Positions 45,943 through 55,579 of a stretch of 64,000 nt of DNA are shown one piece after another. The DNA is from Patescibacteria group bacterium (lineage in GTDB: Bacteria; Patescibacteriota; Minisyncoccia; Phycocordibacterales; SBAW01). The stretch spans positions 78,113-142,112 of the forward strand of contig JACOWS010000001.1 in the NCBI GenBank assembly GCA_016176685.1, read 5' to 3'. How positions within the stretch are numbered: position 1 is the first letter of the stretch; every line of letters starts with the position of its first letter. The position numbers were made by a program, and so were the translations under genes. The notes under the pieces are model-generated. The model saw only the letters and a program-made list of their open reading frames with translations, was not told where the DNA came from and searched no databases.

Positions 45943-47842
45943 AGCATTGTGTCAACTCCGCATTGGTTGCTTGGTTTTGTGCCGCCAGCTGTGCTTGCAG
46001 GGTGGTGCGGTCTTGGAGCGCGGTGGTAACGTCGTTTTGCGTAATGAGCTCGCCTAGGGCTTCTGCCGCGGCAAACTGGGCATCCGCCGCCCGCACCTCT
46101 TTGAGCGTGCGCGCGGCAAGTGCCGCGGTTTGTATCTCTTGCACCGCGACAATAGCGGCGTTAGCGCGGGTAATCCCCGTGTTGTATGAGGCAACCTGCA
46201 CCTCCAGCGCTTGCACCGCCGCGTCTGCCGCCGCAACACCGGCGAGCGCCTGCGCTTGCTGCGATGCGGTCAGGCCGGTCGAGGAGGCGGCCGTGCTCCA
46301 GCAGTTTTGCAACCCCACCAGCTGTGCTTGGGCGTTTTGTATGTCGGCAATGCTTCCCTGCTTGGTGGTACCGTACTGCTGGGCCACCCCCACCGCGCTT
46401 TGGAGTTTGGTAAGGAGAGATTCCGCCGCAATTTGTGCTTGCACATCTTGCGCGCTCGAAAAGTTGCCCGCGTAGCCGTTTTGCCCGCTTAGGTTGGCAA
46501 GCCCCTGGTAGAGCACGCGGGTCATCAGCTGGTTGATGAGCGCGCTTATAATTTCGTCAAAATTGTCGGCAAGGTTGAGTGAGTCTATGTTGGTGCCAAG
46601 CGTTTTATGCAGCTCGGCCTCTATGGTTTGGCCGGGGGTCACTATCTTGCACGACGTTTGTTTGCCGTAGTTTGGAGTGCCTGGCACCGTGTTTATAGGG
46701 CCATCACATTTTTCCTGCGAGAGAAATCCGCCGGGAGATATTTTGAGTCCGGCATCCCTGCTGTCTTTAAGTATCTTATTGTTAAGCGCTATCTGCCCAT
46801 ACATGTACGCGCCGTAGGGGTTGTTGGTCGGCTCGGTGGTAACGGCCAAAAGTCCGCCCCACCCACCGCTTGAAAAGCCGTTGTTGAGAAAATCGTCCAC
46901 ATTGGTTACCGCCTTCGAGAGTGTGCAAGAGGTTGCGGCGGCATTGCTCCCGCTCCTTTGGTGTGCATAGCTCTGTGCTATGGCGATGCGCACCTGGAGC
47001 TTAAACGGACTGCACAAAAAGGCCAGGTCGCTCCCTTGGATAAACTCGCCCGCGGCCCTGTCGGCCACGTTGGTAAAAAATTGCTTGTAATCTTGTACAA
47101 ACGCCGGCTTGCCGTCAAAGCCGGAGTTTATCCAGTCAACCACGCTCGCGGTTACCTGCTGTATCACCGAGCGGGCTATGCCTCGCGCAATGCAGTTAAG
47201 GAAGTTGTCCCGCACCGTGTTGGATGCGTCGACAGCATTTTGCACCGGCGCATTTACCGTCACCGCAACAAAACTAAGCGCCGCGCTTATGCCAGTACCC
47301 CCCACGGCGCCGCTTAGGAGCCCGGGCGTGCAGGCAATTGCTCCAGCCACCCCCGTCCCAACAAGTGTTTCAAGCAGCCCGGGTCCGCTTAGCCCTTTAG
47401 CGTTATTGAAGTATCCTGTCCCGTTGATGCCCACATTGTTTATTTGGTTTATAGGCGTCGGGGTAAAGGTTTTGGTGCTTCCCGTGCCGCCACCACTACC
47501 GTCTAGCCAGGTAACATCAGTGACGGTAGTGGTGGTAACGGTAATGGTAATTGGCGGCGACACTCCGCCCGTTGGCCCTCCTCCCGTGTATGTTGGTAGA
47601 GGGGTTTGTATATTGGCCGAGCCCCCTCCTCCTGCAGATATACTGTTTTGACCAAAGGGTGTTTGTTGGTTGCCGCCGCTCAAAGTGCCGGAGCCCGGAG
47701 TGCCCGTACTGCTTGCCGTGTTAAAAAAACCAAAATCTTCCGGTGTTTTTGGACCTTGGCCGAAGAACCAAAACCATACAAAAATGATAAGCCCCAGCAC
47801 CACCAGAGCCCCCACGATGATAAAAATAAGTTTGCGTTTCAT
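45926..47842 (-). CDS. large exported protein, N-terminal TM anchor, Gly/Thr-rich stalk (hypothetical T4SS surface component)
   Basis: MKRKLIFIIVGALVVLGLIIFVWFWFF anchor; TITVTTTTVTDVT stalk; C-terminal Ala/Gln-rich coiled-coil; 17-nt overlap with next gene. Confidence 0.5.
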   Translation of the reverse strand: MKRKLIFIIVGALVVLGLIIFVWFWFFGQGPKTPEDFGFFNTASSTGTPGSGTLSGGNQQTPFGQNSISAGGGGSANIQTPLPTYTGGGPTGGVSPPITITVTTTTVTDVTWLDGSGGGTGSTKTFTPTPINQINNVGINGTGYFNNAKGLSGPGLLETLVGTGVAGAIACTPGLLSGAVGGTGISAALSFVAVTVNAPVQNAVDASNTVRDNFLNCIARGIARSVIQQVTASVVDWINSGFDGKPAFVQDYKQFFTNVADRAAGEFIQGSDLAFLCSPFKLQVRIAIAQSYAHQRSGSNAAATSCTLSKAVTNVDDFLNNGFSSGGWGGLLAVTTEPTNNPYGAYMYGQIALNNKILKDSRDAGLKISPGGFLSQEKCDGPINTVPGTPNYGKQTSCKIVTPGQTIEAELHKTLGTNIDSLNLADNFDEIISALINQLMTRVLYQGLANLSGQNGYAGNFSSAQDVQAQIAAESLLTKLQSAVGVAQQYGTTKQGSIADIQNAQAQLVGLQNCWSTAASSTGLTASQQAQALAGVAAADAAVQALEVQVASYNTGITRANAAIVAVQEIQTAALAARTLKEVRAADAQFAAAEALGELITQNDVTTALQDRTTLQAQLAAQNQATNAELTQCYAFGL

Positions 47843-48738
47843 TGTGGCAATGGCAACAGCGCGCTCCAGGCAGCCCCCGGCTCGCTCTTGTCAAAAAGTA
47901 TAGCGTTTTTGGCCAGTTGCTGTGCGATGTTTGTCAACACGCGCTCCGTTTCTTGCACCAAAGACTGGTAGAGCTGTATCCCGGAGAGCCCGCGCAAAGG
48001 GTCCCCTATCACCGCCGCCATGTCGGGGTAAGTTTCCGCCATGCGCGCGAAGTTGTTTACCACCTGCAAGTGCAGCGGCGCCAGCGTTTGCGGTACCAAA
48101 AGCGCCGCAAGCTCATCGGCTATCGCCTGATACTCGGCCCCAATGGCGGCAAGCGGCGCAAGCGGAGCCGGATCGTTACTGTCGGTGGCGCGCCCCACGG
48201 CAATCAAGGTGTCCACATAGCTCGCCTTGGGACGGTTTTGTACCACCGCGATAACCGCATTGCCGTAGGCGTGCAGTGTATCTGGCGTTGTGGATATTGG
48301 GTTTAGGTCGGCGGCCGTGTACACGCCGGCACCCCTGTTTTGGCTTACCTGCGAGAGAGCGTCGGCAATGAGCGCGTCTTGGGTGGGTATGTCGTCGCCA
48401 AGTCCCTGCGCCTTAGCGTCTGACAATTTTATAAAAAGACTGCGGCCTATGGTGTTGGTTAGGTTCTCGCTCTGCGCCGCCCCAAGGAGGTTTAAGACGC
48501 TGTCTTTGTTGGGGCTTTGCGGCAAGCCGGCACTGCTTTGTGCCTGTATGTCGTGCAAGGTTGTAAGCCAATTGTCTCCCGCCTGGTTGGTGGTAGATAC
48601 GGCGACCCCTCCCGGCGCCTTTCCCGCATCTCTACCGGTTAGGTAGTCTGCCGCAAACACCAACCCTGCCGAAAGCGCCACTGCGCCCACCATGAATGCA
48701 AACTGCGCACTGGGCAGGTACTCCCGTATACTCATCAT
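47839..48738 (-). CDS. membrane-anchored hypothetical protein (first gene of T4SS-like operon)
   Basis: N-terminal TM FAFMVGAVALSAGLVFAA; 4-nt overlap with downstream gene. Confidence 0.5.
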   Translation of the reverse strand: MMSIREYLPSAQFAFMVGAVALSAGLVFAADYLTGRDAGKAPGGVAVSTTNQAGDNWLTTLHDIQAQSSAGLPQSPNKDSVLNLLGAAQSENLTNTIGRSLFIKLSDAKAQGLGDDIPTQDALIADALSQVSQNRGAGVYTAADLNPISTTPDTLHAYGNAVIAVVQNRPKASYVDTLIAVGRATDSNDPAPLAPLAAIGAEYQAIADELAALLVPQTLAPLHLQVVNNFARMAETYPDMAAVIGDPLRGLSGIQLYQSLVQETERVLTNIAQQLAKNAILFDKSEPGAAWSALLPLPQ

Positions 48739-48778
48739 CGTTTAGTATACAAGAGATTCTGTACGGTATACTGTCTTT

Positions 48779-49129
48779 ATGGTTTCTTTTAAGAAAATGT
48801 TTGTGCTCGCCGCACTTATTGGTGTAATGAGTGCTCCGCTTGTTGCATCGGCATTCGGTACTTCTTTCGGTGGGCGGATACTATCTGTTATTCCCTGCTC
48901 CGGCGGGATGCGTCACGTAACTATTATTCCGGCGGGTGTCTTCCCCATATCCTACATATGGACCCCGTTTACCATTACCTACTCGGTCGGAGCGCCACGG
49001 CGTCCGGGCCAGCAGATACTCGGAGTGGCGGACATCCCGTTTGTCTGTTTTGTAGGCGGTGGCGGATTCTTCTCCTCCCCAGTACCGCTCCACGGTTTGC
49101 GGATGCAGATAGTCGGCACCAGCCCCTAA
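48779..49129 (+). CDS. small secreted protein, hypothetical
   Basis: signal peptide MVSFKKMFVLAALIGVMSAPLVASA; divergent from T4SS-like operon. Confidence 0.3.
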   Translation: MVSFKKMFVLAALIGVMSAPLVASAFGTSFGGRILSVIPCSGGMRHVTIIPAGVFPISYIWTPFTITYSVGAPRRPGQQILGVADIPFVCFVGGGGFFSSPVPLHGLRMQIVGTSP

Positions 49130-49929
49130 TCGCCGCCCGCCAGGTCTATGGCGCTTAAACGTACCCACTGCTCTAAATGCACATCCTCCGCCCGCGCTTT
49201 TTCCGATATTCCAATATTCTGCAGAATATGAGAATAGTTTTTGCCGAGCATGGGCTCGAGGTTGCGGGCAAGCAGTTTGCGTTTTTTTGCAAAACCCGCG
49301 CGCACCAGCGCAAAAAATCTCTCCTCTTGTTTTGCAGTAGCAAAATGTGCGCGTGAAATGTTTTTTATAACCAATACCGCGGAGTCTACAGCGGGCGGCG
49401 GGGCAAACGCGCCGCGCGGCACGGTGCAGACATAGGTTGGGTCGCCATACGCTTTTACGGAAAGAGAGAGTATTGACTCTTTTTTACTGCAAGCAATACG
49501 CTCGGCGACCTCTTTTTGCAGCAGCAGTACCATCTGCATGGGCTGGCGCGCTCCGGTCAGCAGTTTTTTTAACAGCGCGCCGGTGATGTAGTACGGGATG
49601 TTTGCCGCCACTTTGTATCCCAAAGGACCGTCCTTAGACACATCAAACTTTGCTATAGCAAAGCGGAGAATGTCACCTTCTACTATGTGTAACTTTTCCT
49701 CGCCTATTTCTTTTGAAAATTTTTCTTTCAAAACAGGGATAAGCCGGCGGTCTTTCTCTACCGCAACCACGGTTGCCCCACGCGCAAGTAGTTCGCGCGT
49801 TAATGCCCCTTCGCCCGGCCCAACCTCGAGCACCAAGTCGCCTGCCGCAAGCTCGGCCGCGTCGGCAATTTTTGCAAGGTAATGCTTCGAGTGTAAAAAG
49901 TGCTGTCCAAGCGATTTTTTCTTTTCCAT
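49126..49929 (-). CDS. rsmA: 16S rRNA (adenine1518/1519-N6)-dimethyltransferase RsmA/KsgA
   Basis: LGQHFL N-terminus, SAM motif LEVGPGEGALT, NIPYYIT. Confidence 0.85.
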   Translation of the reverse strand: MEKKKSLGQHFLHSKHYLAKIADAAELAAGDLVLEVGPGEGALTRELLARGATVVAVEKDRRLIPVLKEKFSKEIGEEKLHIVEGDILRFAIAKFDVSKDGPLGYKVAANIPYYITGALLKKLLTGARQPMQMVLLLQKEVAERIACSKKESILSLSVKAYGDPTYVCTVPRGAFAPPPAVDSAVLVIKNISRAHFATAKQEERFFALVRAGFAKKRKLLARNLEPMLGKNYSHILQNIGISEKARAEDVHLEQWVRLSAIDLAGGD

Positions 49930-49956
49930 AGGGTACTGGTAGTTAATGTAGACGAA

Positions 49957-51936
49957 CTAATCGAGATAGATTGTCTTGCCCAGGCGCTCTGGTGCCTCCA
50001 GTTCAAGCAGGTGCTCGGGGATGTCGGAAAGAAACTGCGAGGGCAGAGTGGCCTGCTTAGAGCCAAAAATAGTGCGGTAGGCGGCATAGGTCAAGTACAC
50101 TTCGAGCTTGGCGCGCGTAAGCGCCACATACATAAGCCGCCGCTCCTCCTCTTTGTCGGCACCCTCGTCAGCTTCCCTTGCATAGGGGAAGAGTCCTTCC
50201 TCAAGCCCGGTGATAAACACCACGGGGAACTCAAGACCCTTGGCTGCATGCACGGTCATAAGCCGCACGGCATTTTTTTCTTCTTTTAGCTCGTCTTGGT
50301 CGCTCGCAAGCGCCGCATACTCCAACAATGATTCAACCCCCTCTAAGTTAGTGAGTACTCGCCCCGAGCCCGTCGAGGGGTCGTAGCGCGCCGCAAGCGA
50401 GGCTAGCTCGCGCACATTTTCCAACCGCTCGACGCCCTCCAATTTGTCGTCTTTGAGCATGCATTCGATGCCGCTCTCCACAACCACGTATTGCACCAGT
50501 TTAGACGGCGGCAATTTTTTGGCGGCGTCTTTTATGCGCGCAAGCAGTGCACGAAATGCCGCAACCTTATCGCGCATAGCGCCGCCGAGCTCCCCTTCTC
50601 TCCCCGTAAGTATTTTTAAGAGTGTGACCTTCCCTATCCCGCGCGCAGGGACATTGGCCACCCGCGCAATGTCGGGCCGGGTGTCGTAGAGCGCGGCGCG
50701 GACAAGTGCAAGCACATCTTTAACTTCCTTGCGCTCAAAAAAGCGCGTCCCCACCACTTGGTAGGGTACCTCGGCCGCAAGAAATGCTTCTTCCAGCGCA
50801 CGCGACTGGAAGTTAGCGCGGTACAGTATGGCGCAGTCTCTTGGTTGGCGACCGAGCGCCACATGCTCCAAAACTTTCCGCACGACAAATGCGGCTTCGT
50901 CCACCTCGTCAAACGCCTGGTAGAGCGACAGCTCCTTGCCATCCTGGTTTTTGGTAAACAAGTTTTTTTCTTGGCGGAATACATTTTTAGCTATCACGTC
51001 ATTTGCCGCGGCAAGAATATTTTTGGTCGAGCGATAATTTTCTTCGAGCAGGACAATGCGCGCACCCGGATAGGTCTTTTCGAACTCGAGCATGTTTGCT
51101 ATCTTGGCGCCGCGCCAGCTGTAAATGGTCTGGTCGATGTCGCCCACCGCGCATATATTTTTTTGCGGGCCCACCAACAACCCTGCCAATTGCGCCTGCA
51201 CGTGGTTGGTGTCCTGGTACTCATCTATATGCACATAGCGCCAGCGCGCAAGGTAGCGTTCTCGCGCGGCAGTATCTGTACGCAAAAAATGCATGGCGCG
51301 CAGAAGCAGGTCGTCGAAGTCCAGCGCGCCTTCGGCGCGCAGCGACTTTTCATAAGTAAGCCATGCGAGCGAAATCGCGCGGTCGCGTCCGTTCGGTGCA
51401 TCCTCGGCGCACGCGTCGGCAGTTACCCCATCTCCTTTGTGGCGAGACATAAACGAAAGTGCCGCACGCGCATCGATGTCTTCCACGCCAACGCTCTTGA
51501 GCGCCGCCTTCATCGCGCGCAACGAGTCGGCTCGGTCGTATATTGCCGGCGCGCGGGCAAACCCAAGCGCCTTGGCATTTTCTTTTATAATAGCGAGCCC
51601 CAGTGAGTGGAAGGTGGACACAAACGGCGTGTTAAGGCGACGCCCTGAAGAGCCCTTGCCTCCCGCGTCGCCTTGGGTCTGCAACAAATGCATCACACGC
51701 TCCCGCATCTCCCGCGCCGCCTTGTTGGTAAAGGTAACCGCCAAAACCTCCTCGGGGGCGGTTCCGCCCCGCACTATCTCCAGTATCCGGTGGGTAATAA
51801 CCTTGGTTTTTCCCGCTCCGGCTCCTGCAAGTATAAGAAGCGGTCCTTCTGTGTGGAGCACTGCCACTCTTTGAACATCATTGAGATTTCCTAAATGTTC
51901 CGACACCCACCTATAGTATGGCAAATCGCTGTCCAC
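49957..51936 (-). CDS. pcrA: ATP-dependent DNA helicase PcrA/UvrD
   Basis: SF1 motifs: AGAGAGKTKVITHRI (Ia), VTFTNKAAREMRERV, VDEYQDTN (DEXQD), VGDIDQTIYSWRGA, TVHAAKGLEF. Confidence 0.9.
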   Translation of the reverse strand: MDSDLPYYRWVSEHLGNLNDVQRVAVLHTEGPLLILAGAGAGKTKVITHRILEIVRGGTAPEEVLAVTFTNKAAREMRERVMHLLQTQGDAGGKGSSGRRLNTPFVSTFHSLGLAIIKENAKALGFARAPAIYDRADSLRAMKAALKSVGVEDIDARAALSFMSRHKGDGVTADACAEDAPNGRDRAISLAWLTYEKSLRAEGALDFDDLLLRAMHFLRTDTAARERYLARWRYVHIDEYQDTNHVQAQLAGLLVGPQKNICAVGDIDQTIYSWRGAKIANMLEFEKTYPGARIVLLEENYRSTKNILAAANDVIAKNVFRQEKNLFTKNQDGKELSLYQAFDEVDEAAFVVRKVLEHVALGRQPRDCAILYRANFQSRALEEAFLAAEVPYQVVGTRFFERKEVKDVLALVRAALYDTRPDIARVANVPARGIGKVTLLKILTGREGELGGAMRDKVAAFRALLARIKDAAKKLPPSKLVQYVVVESGIECMLKDDKLEGVERLENVRELASLAARYDPSTGSGRVLTNLEGVESLLEYAALASDQDELKEEKNAVRLMTVHAAKGLEFPVVFITGLEEGLFPYAREADEGADKEEERRLMYVALTRAKLEVYLTYAAYRTIFGSKQATLPSQFLSDIPEHLLELEAPERLGKTIYLD

Positions 51937-51954
51937 ACCAGGTTCACAACGTAG

Positions 51955-51982
51955 TTGACGGCAAGTGCTATGGCAGTATAGT
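51955..51982 (+). promoter_or_regulatory. sigma-70-like promoter (TTGACG-16-TATAGT) with about 250-nt leader
   Basis: TTGACG 51955-51960, TATAGT 51977-51982; oriented toward the M23 peptidase gene. Confidence 0.35.
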
Positions 51983-52232
51983 GGATAAGTACAGGGTCAG
52001 GCCGTTGTGAAAATGGCTCTGTTAAGCCACCGATTGGAAAAAACGACCATGGCTTGCTCGATTTAGGCTTATAAACTCCCCTAAAACAGACCCTTCTCCT
52101 GCGGTTGAGCCGTATTCTGCAGAGAAGGCTAAAAAGCCGTTATTTCACAAGCTCTTCATAGAGGTTGCTCCTGTTCTTTTATCTATTACGCCTCTTTTTA
52201 TACCCGCAGGCATCCTCTCCTTCTTTCACGGA

Positions 52233-53192
52233 TTGTTTGCGCCACCCGCACAAGCGGCGGCTACCCAAGCATTAGCACTCAACTCCCAAACACTTCCCCT
52301 ACTTGCACCGGCGATAAACCTCGACCCAAACCCAGCAAAAGGAGGCGGCGGCATCACCGTGGTTGACGGCACGGCGCTTTTGCCGGCAGAAGGTCCGTCA
52401 GGCACCGCAGCCGACATAGAAGAGTGGCCGACCTCCTCGCAGGTGTCGGTGTATACCGTGCGGCCAGGCGACACCCTGTCGCAGATTGCAGAGATGTACA
52501 ACGTTTCCATCAACACCATCATTTGGTCAAACGACATTGCGGGTGGGGTGATCCGCCCCGGCGACAGTTTGGTAATACTCCCTATCACGGGAATCAAACA
52601 CACGGTGACCAAGGGTGAAACACTTTCCTCAGTAGCTAAAAAGTTTAATAGCGATGCTACCGAAATCGCCCAGTACAACGGTCTTGAGGCGGGTGCGCCG
52701 CTTGCGGTGGGGGCCTCTATAATCATCCCCCATGGTGAGATAGCTGCAGCCCCCGCTCCCGCCAAGAGTACTAAAACAAAAGTTCCTTCCGCACCGCTGC
52801 ATGACGCGGGCGGGCCCGACCTCGGCGGCTACTGGGTCTTGCCTATTGCAAGCGGCATTGTCACCCAAGGGCTCCACGGCTACAATGGCGTTGACATCGG
52901 CGCGCCAAAAGGAACCGATATTTATGCTGCGGCTGGCGGCATTGTGCTGGTTGCACGCTCTAGCGGATGGAACGGCGGCTACGGCATCTACCTGGTTATC
53001 CAGCACGACAACGGCACGCAAACACTCTACTCGCACGCAAGCAAGATACTGGTCTCCGCGGGAGACCGTGTCGCGCAAGGACAAACTATAGCGCTGGTCG
53101 GCGCAACCGGCCTTGCAACCGGCAACCACCTCCACTTCGAAGTCCGTGGCGCCAAAAACCCGCTCGGCAACTTACCAGTCGGCACGCGGTAG
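52233..53192 (+). CDS. LysM-domain M23-family peptidoglycan endopeptidase
   Basis: two LysM repeats (YTVRPGDTLSQIAEMY; HTVTKGETLSSVAKKF) and M23 catalytic motifs (HGYNGVDIG, GNHLHFEV); annotated from a TTG start, but see finding on upstream in-frame signal-like extension. Confidence 0.8.
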   Translation: MFAPPAQAAATQALALNSQTLPLLAPAINLDPNPAKGGGGITVVDGTALLPAEGPSGTAADIEEWPTSSQVSVYTVRPGDTLSQIAEMYNVSINTIIWSNDIAGGVIRPGDSLVILPITGIKHTVTKGETLSSVAKKFNSDATEIAQYNGLEAGAPLAVGASIIIPHGEIAAAPAPAKSTKTKVPSAPLHDAGGPDLGGYWVLPIASGIVTQGLHGYNGVDIGAPKGTDIYAAAGGIVLVARSSGWNGGYGIYLVIQHDNGTQTLYSHASKILVSAGDRVAQGQTIALVGATGLATGNHLHFEVRGAKNPLGNLPVGTR

Positions 53193-53204
53193 TAACCCTC
53201 TCTA

Positions 53205-53241
53205 GAAAAAACCGCCGGCCCCAAAAGGCCGGCGGTTTTTA
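53205..53241. terminator. bidirectional rho-independent terminator
   Basis: AAAAAACCGCCGGCC-CCAAAA-GGCCGGCGGTTTTT. Confidence 0.6.
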
Positions 53242-53269
53242 TAAGACTATCTTCAGGATAGGAGTCCTG

Positions 53270-53542
53270 CTATTTCTTAACTTTCCCCAACACATAGATT
53301 GTGCGGAGGACGTTAGAAGGGTCGGATTGAACATGCAGAATCGTGTATTTTCCAGTCTTCAATAGGGTATTAACTTTATTAGGACCGTTTCTGTCAGTCT
53401 CGGTAACTATTTCGTAAATCACACGGCTCTTGTGCCAGGCCACAACAGAAACAACAATGGCCGCAAAGCTCAGGATTAAAGGTGTGTACTGTAGAATGCT
53501 TCCACCCATTGTGATTATGCGATTTATCAGTTCGTATTCCAA
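53270..53542 (-). CDS. small membrane protein, hypothetical (low GC)
   Basis: 90 aa, one to two TM helices, GC about 40%. Confidence 0.4.
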   Translation of the reverse strand: MEYELINRIITMGGSILQYTPLILSFAAIVVSVVAWHKSRVIYEIVTETDRNGPNKVNTLLKTGKYTILHVQSDPSNVLRTIYVLGKVKK

Positions 53543-53581
53543 AATATAGACTTATTATAGCCTTTTCTATAAGGTTATTCT

Positions 53582-55039
53582 ATGGAAGACGACGAGATGA
53601 AAAAACGATATAGGCAACATGTTGATTCGATAATCAAAAGAGCCCAACTGGTAGCATTTGAAAACTATACACAAATGTTCCCTTGGTTTATCCGAGCTTT
53701 AAGATTGTCTAGAATCCCTTTCTTAAAGAGAAATCATTTTTGGGTCGGAGTGCTCCAGTTAGGCATGTTGAGGAACCTTCCTCGGTTTCAAGGCTGGCTT
53801 AGAGAAACACGAGTAAAGTTAGAGGGCGATGTACTCGGTGCTAAAGAGAGGGAGCATTTAGAACACGTCGCTCTCATTCAACAAGAGTGGATAAGGATAT
53901 ACCAGACCATCATTGACGGAGTTGTGTGGCGTGTTTTAAATTTTAATCGGCCAGTACTTCGTTTGTTGTCGGAGAATGAGGGTCCAGGACATATCCACCC
54001 TCCCTACGCTGATATTTTAAGAAAGTTTATTGACAGCTCTGACACAGTCCTAATCAATGACCTGTCCAGGTATCTTCGCATTGGTGATTTAACAAGGGTC
54101 ACCAAAGAAGGAAAGATACTTTTATATGAGCTTAAGAAAAGTGGCCGTGTTGTTAGTGGTATGTCGGACATCTTCAAAGAGGCGAGAAAGCATGGCTCAG
54201 GCAGTATAAGTAAACAAAGGCATAGACACTGGACAGCTCAAATGAGCATAGCCAGTCAATCAATAAACATCCCTGTTATTTCTGGGGACATGGTTAGAGA
54301 GGATCACCGAGCCGACATAGTTGATTCTAGTATAAAAATCTTCCATCATTTCAAAGCTATAAAAGATCTTATCAAAAAAGCAGACAGAACTGGATTTGAA
54401 CAAAAAGAAGTTGAGGAAGGTTACTTCATCGAGGTTACTGCATTCGATACGATACTTGCTTCGGTCAAGGAAGATGATGTAGAAAAAAATCCGATGATGC
54501 AAAGGAAACTTCATGCTGAAGAACAAAGACCGGAGTGGCTTAAAGCTAAAGCGGCACGGACCATAGATTTATCCAGTCTTGAGTCTTTTGTGTATGAAGG
54601 AACTCAGTTTCCAAGAAATTTCACTCCCCAGTCTGTGTTGCCTTTTTCATCAAGAAACTGTGTCCGTCTAATGATGGGACATCTAGAGATAAGGGTTTAC
54701 TACAACATAGAGTTTTTAAAAAAACGACTCCAAGAGAGGGGTTGGCAAGTTAGAGAAGTAGAGCGTCTCGCGGAGCCGATGAGAGAAAGGACGCTCACTG
54801 GCGAGTTTCTACCCGAGCTACCGAGTGAAGATTTTCTCGATTTGTCTAAACGGGATGGCGACGGAGAGTATCATACAATCGTCCCCCTAACTCTTATTTT
54901 GATTGCTCTTTCCTCTTACTATGCAACAGACTTTCTTCTGAATGCTATAGAAGACGGCTTCGAAAGAAGCAGAATCGAAAGACCTTCGGGCAGACAAGTC
55001 ACGATTAACTTTACTCAGGAGCATGCAGTTTTGGTGTAA
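53582..55039 (+). CDS. hypothetical protein of low-GC islet; possible PD-(D/E)xK nuclease-like core
   Basis: 485 aa, no family recognised; mid-protein IGDLTRVTKEGKILLYELKKS fits a D-x14-E-x-K nuclease-like spacing; GC about 40% versus about 60% in flanks. Confidence 0.5.
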   Translation: MEDDEMKKRYRQHVDSIIKRAQLVAFENYTQMFPWFIRALRLSRIPFLKRNHFWVGVLQLGMLRNLPRFQGWLRETRVKLEGDVLGAKEREHLEHVALIQQEWIRIYQTIIDGVVWRVLNFNRPVLRLLSENEGPGHIHPPYADILRKFIDSSDTVLINDLSRYLRIGDLTRVTKEGKILLYELKKSGRVVSGMSDIFKEARKHGSGSISKQRHRHWTAQMSIASQSINIPVISGDMVREDHRADIVDSSIKIFHHFKAIKDLIKKADRTGFEQKEVEEGYFIEVTAFDTILASVKEDDVEKNPMMQRKLHAEEQRPEWLKAKAARTIDLSSLESFVYEGTQFPRNFTPQSVLPFSSRNCVRLMMGHLEIRVYYNIEFLKKRLQERGWQVREVERLAEPMRERTLTGEFLPELPSEDFLDLSKRDGDGEYHTIVPLTLILIALSSYYATDFLLNAIEDGFERSRIERPSGRQVTINFTQEHAVLV

Positions 55040-55138
55040 GTGGTGCTGTATGCCCCCACGTTCACGTCTCGTGAATGTTTGGTGCCTAGTTGGTGGTATC
55101 TACCATCTCTCAAACCAAGGTTTTCGGGACGCAAAGGA

Positions 55139-55579
55139 TCAACTAATGATTCCCTTGTTCCATGACAAGACAAATTCTGGGTGGAACTTGTGGCCAGACA
55201 CCATCATCTTTGCGATTGTCTCAAATGAAAAAAATTCCACCCTCTCAACTTCTGTGGGGTCTAGGGTAAACGGACCGTTGTGATGAGTTCTGTATATCCA
55301 CAGTTCTGTCTCTCGCGTAACAGATGGCTTCCAAGCCGGATAGGTGTAGTTTTCTTCGGTTACAAACTCAATATCTATTTTGACTCCAAGCTCCTCAAAT
55401 AACTCTCTTTCTGCAGAGGCCTTCTCGGCTTCTCCAGGGTCAATACCACCACCAGCAGAAAAATCCCAGTGTGATGGAAACGAGTCATCATGAGCGGCGC
55501 GCAACTGTAGAGCCAACTCGCCCTTATCATTGAAAACCATTATTGCTGAGCTTTTCTTATGTTCTATCATGAATATCAC
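55139..55579 (-). CDS. NUDIX hydrolase
   Basis: Nudix box GGGIDPGEAEKASAERELFEELG. Confidence 0.7.
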   Translation of the reverse strand: MIFMIEHKKSSAIMVFNDKGELALQLRAAHDDSFPSHWDFSAGGGIDPGEAEKASAERELFEELGVKIDIEFVTEENYTYPAWKPSVTRETELWIYRTHHNGPFTLDPTEVERVEFFSFETIAKMMVSGHKFHPEFVLSWNKGIIS

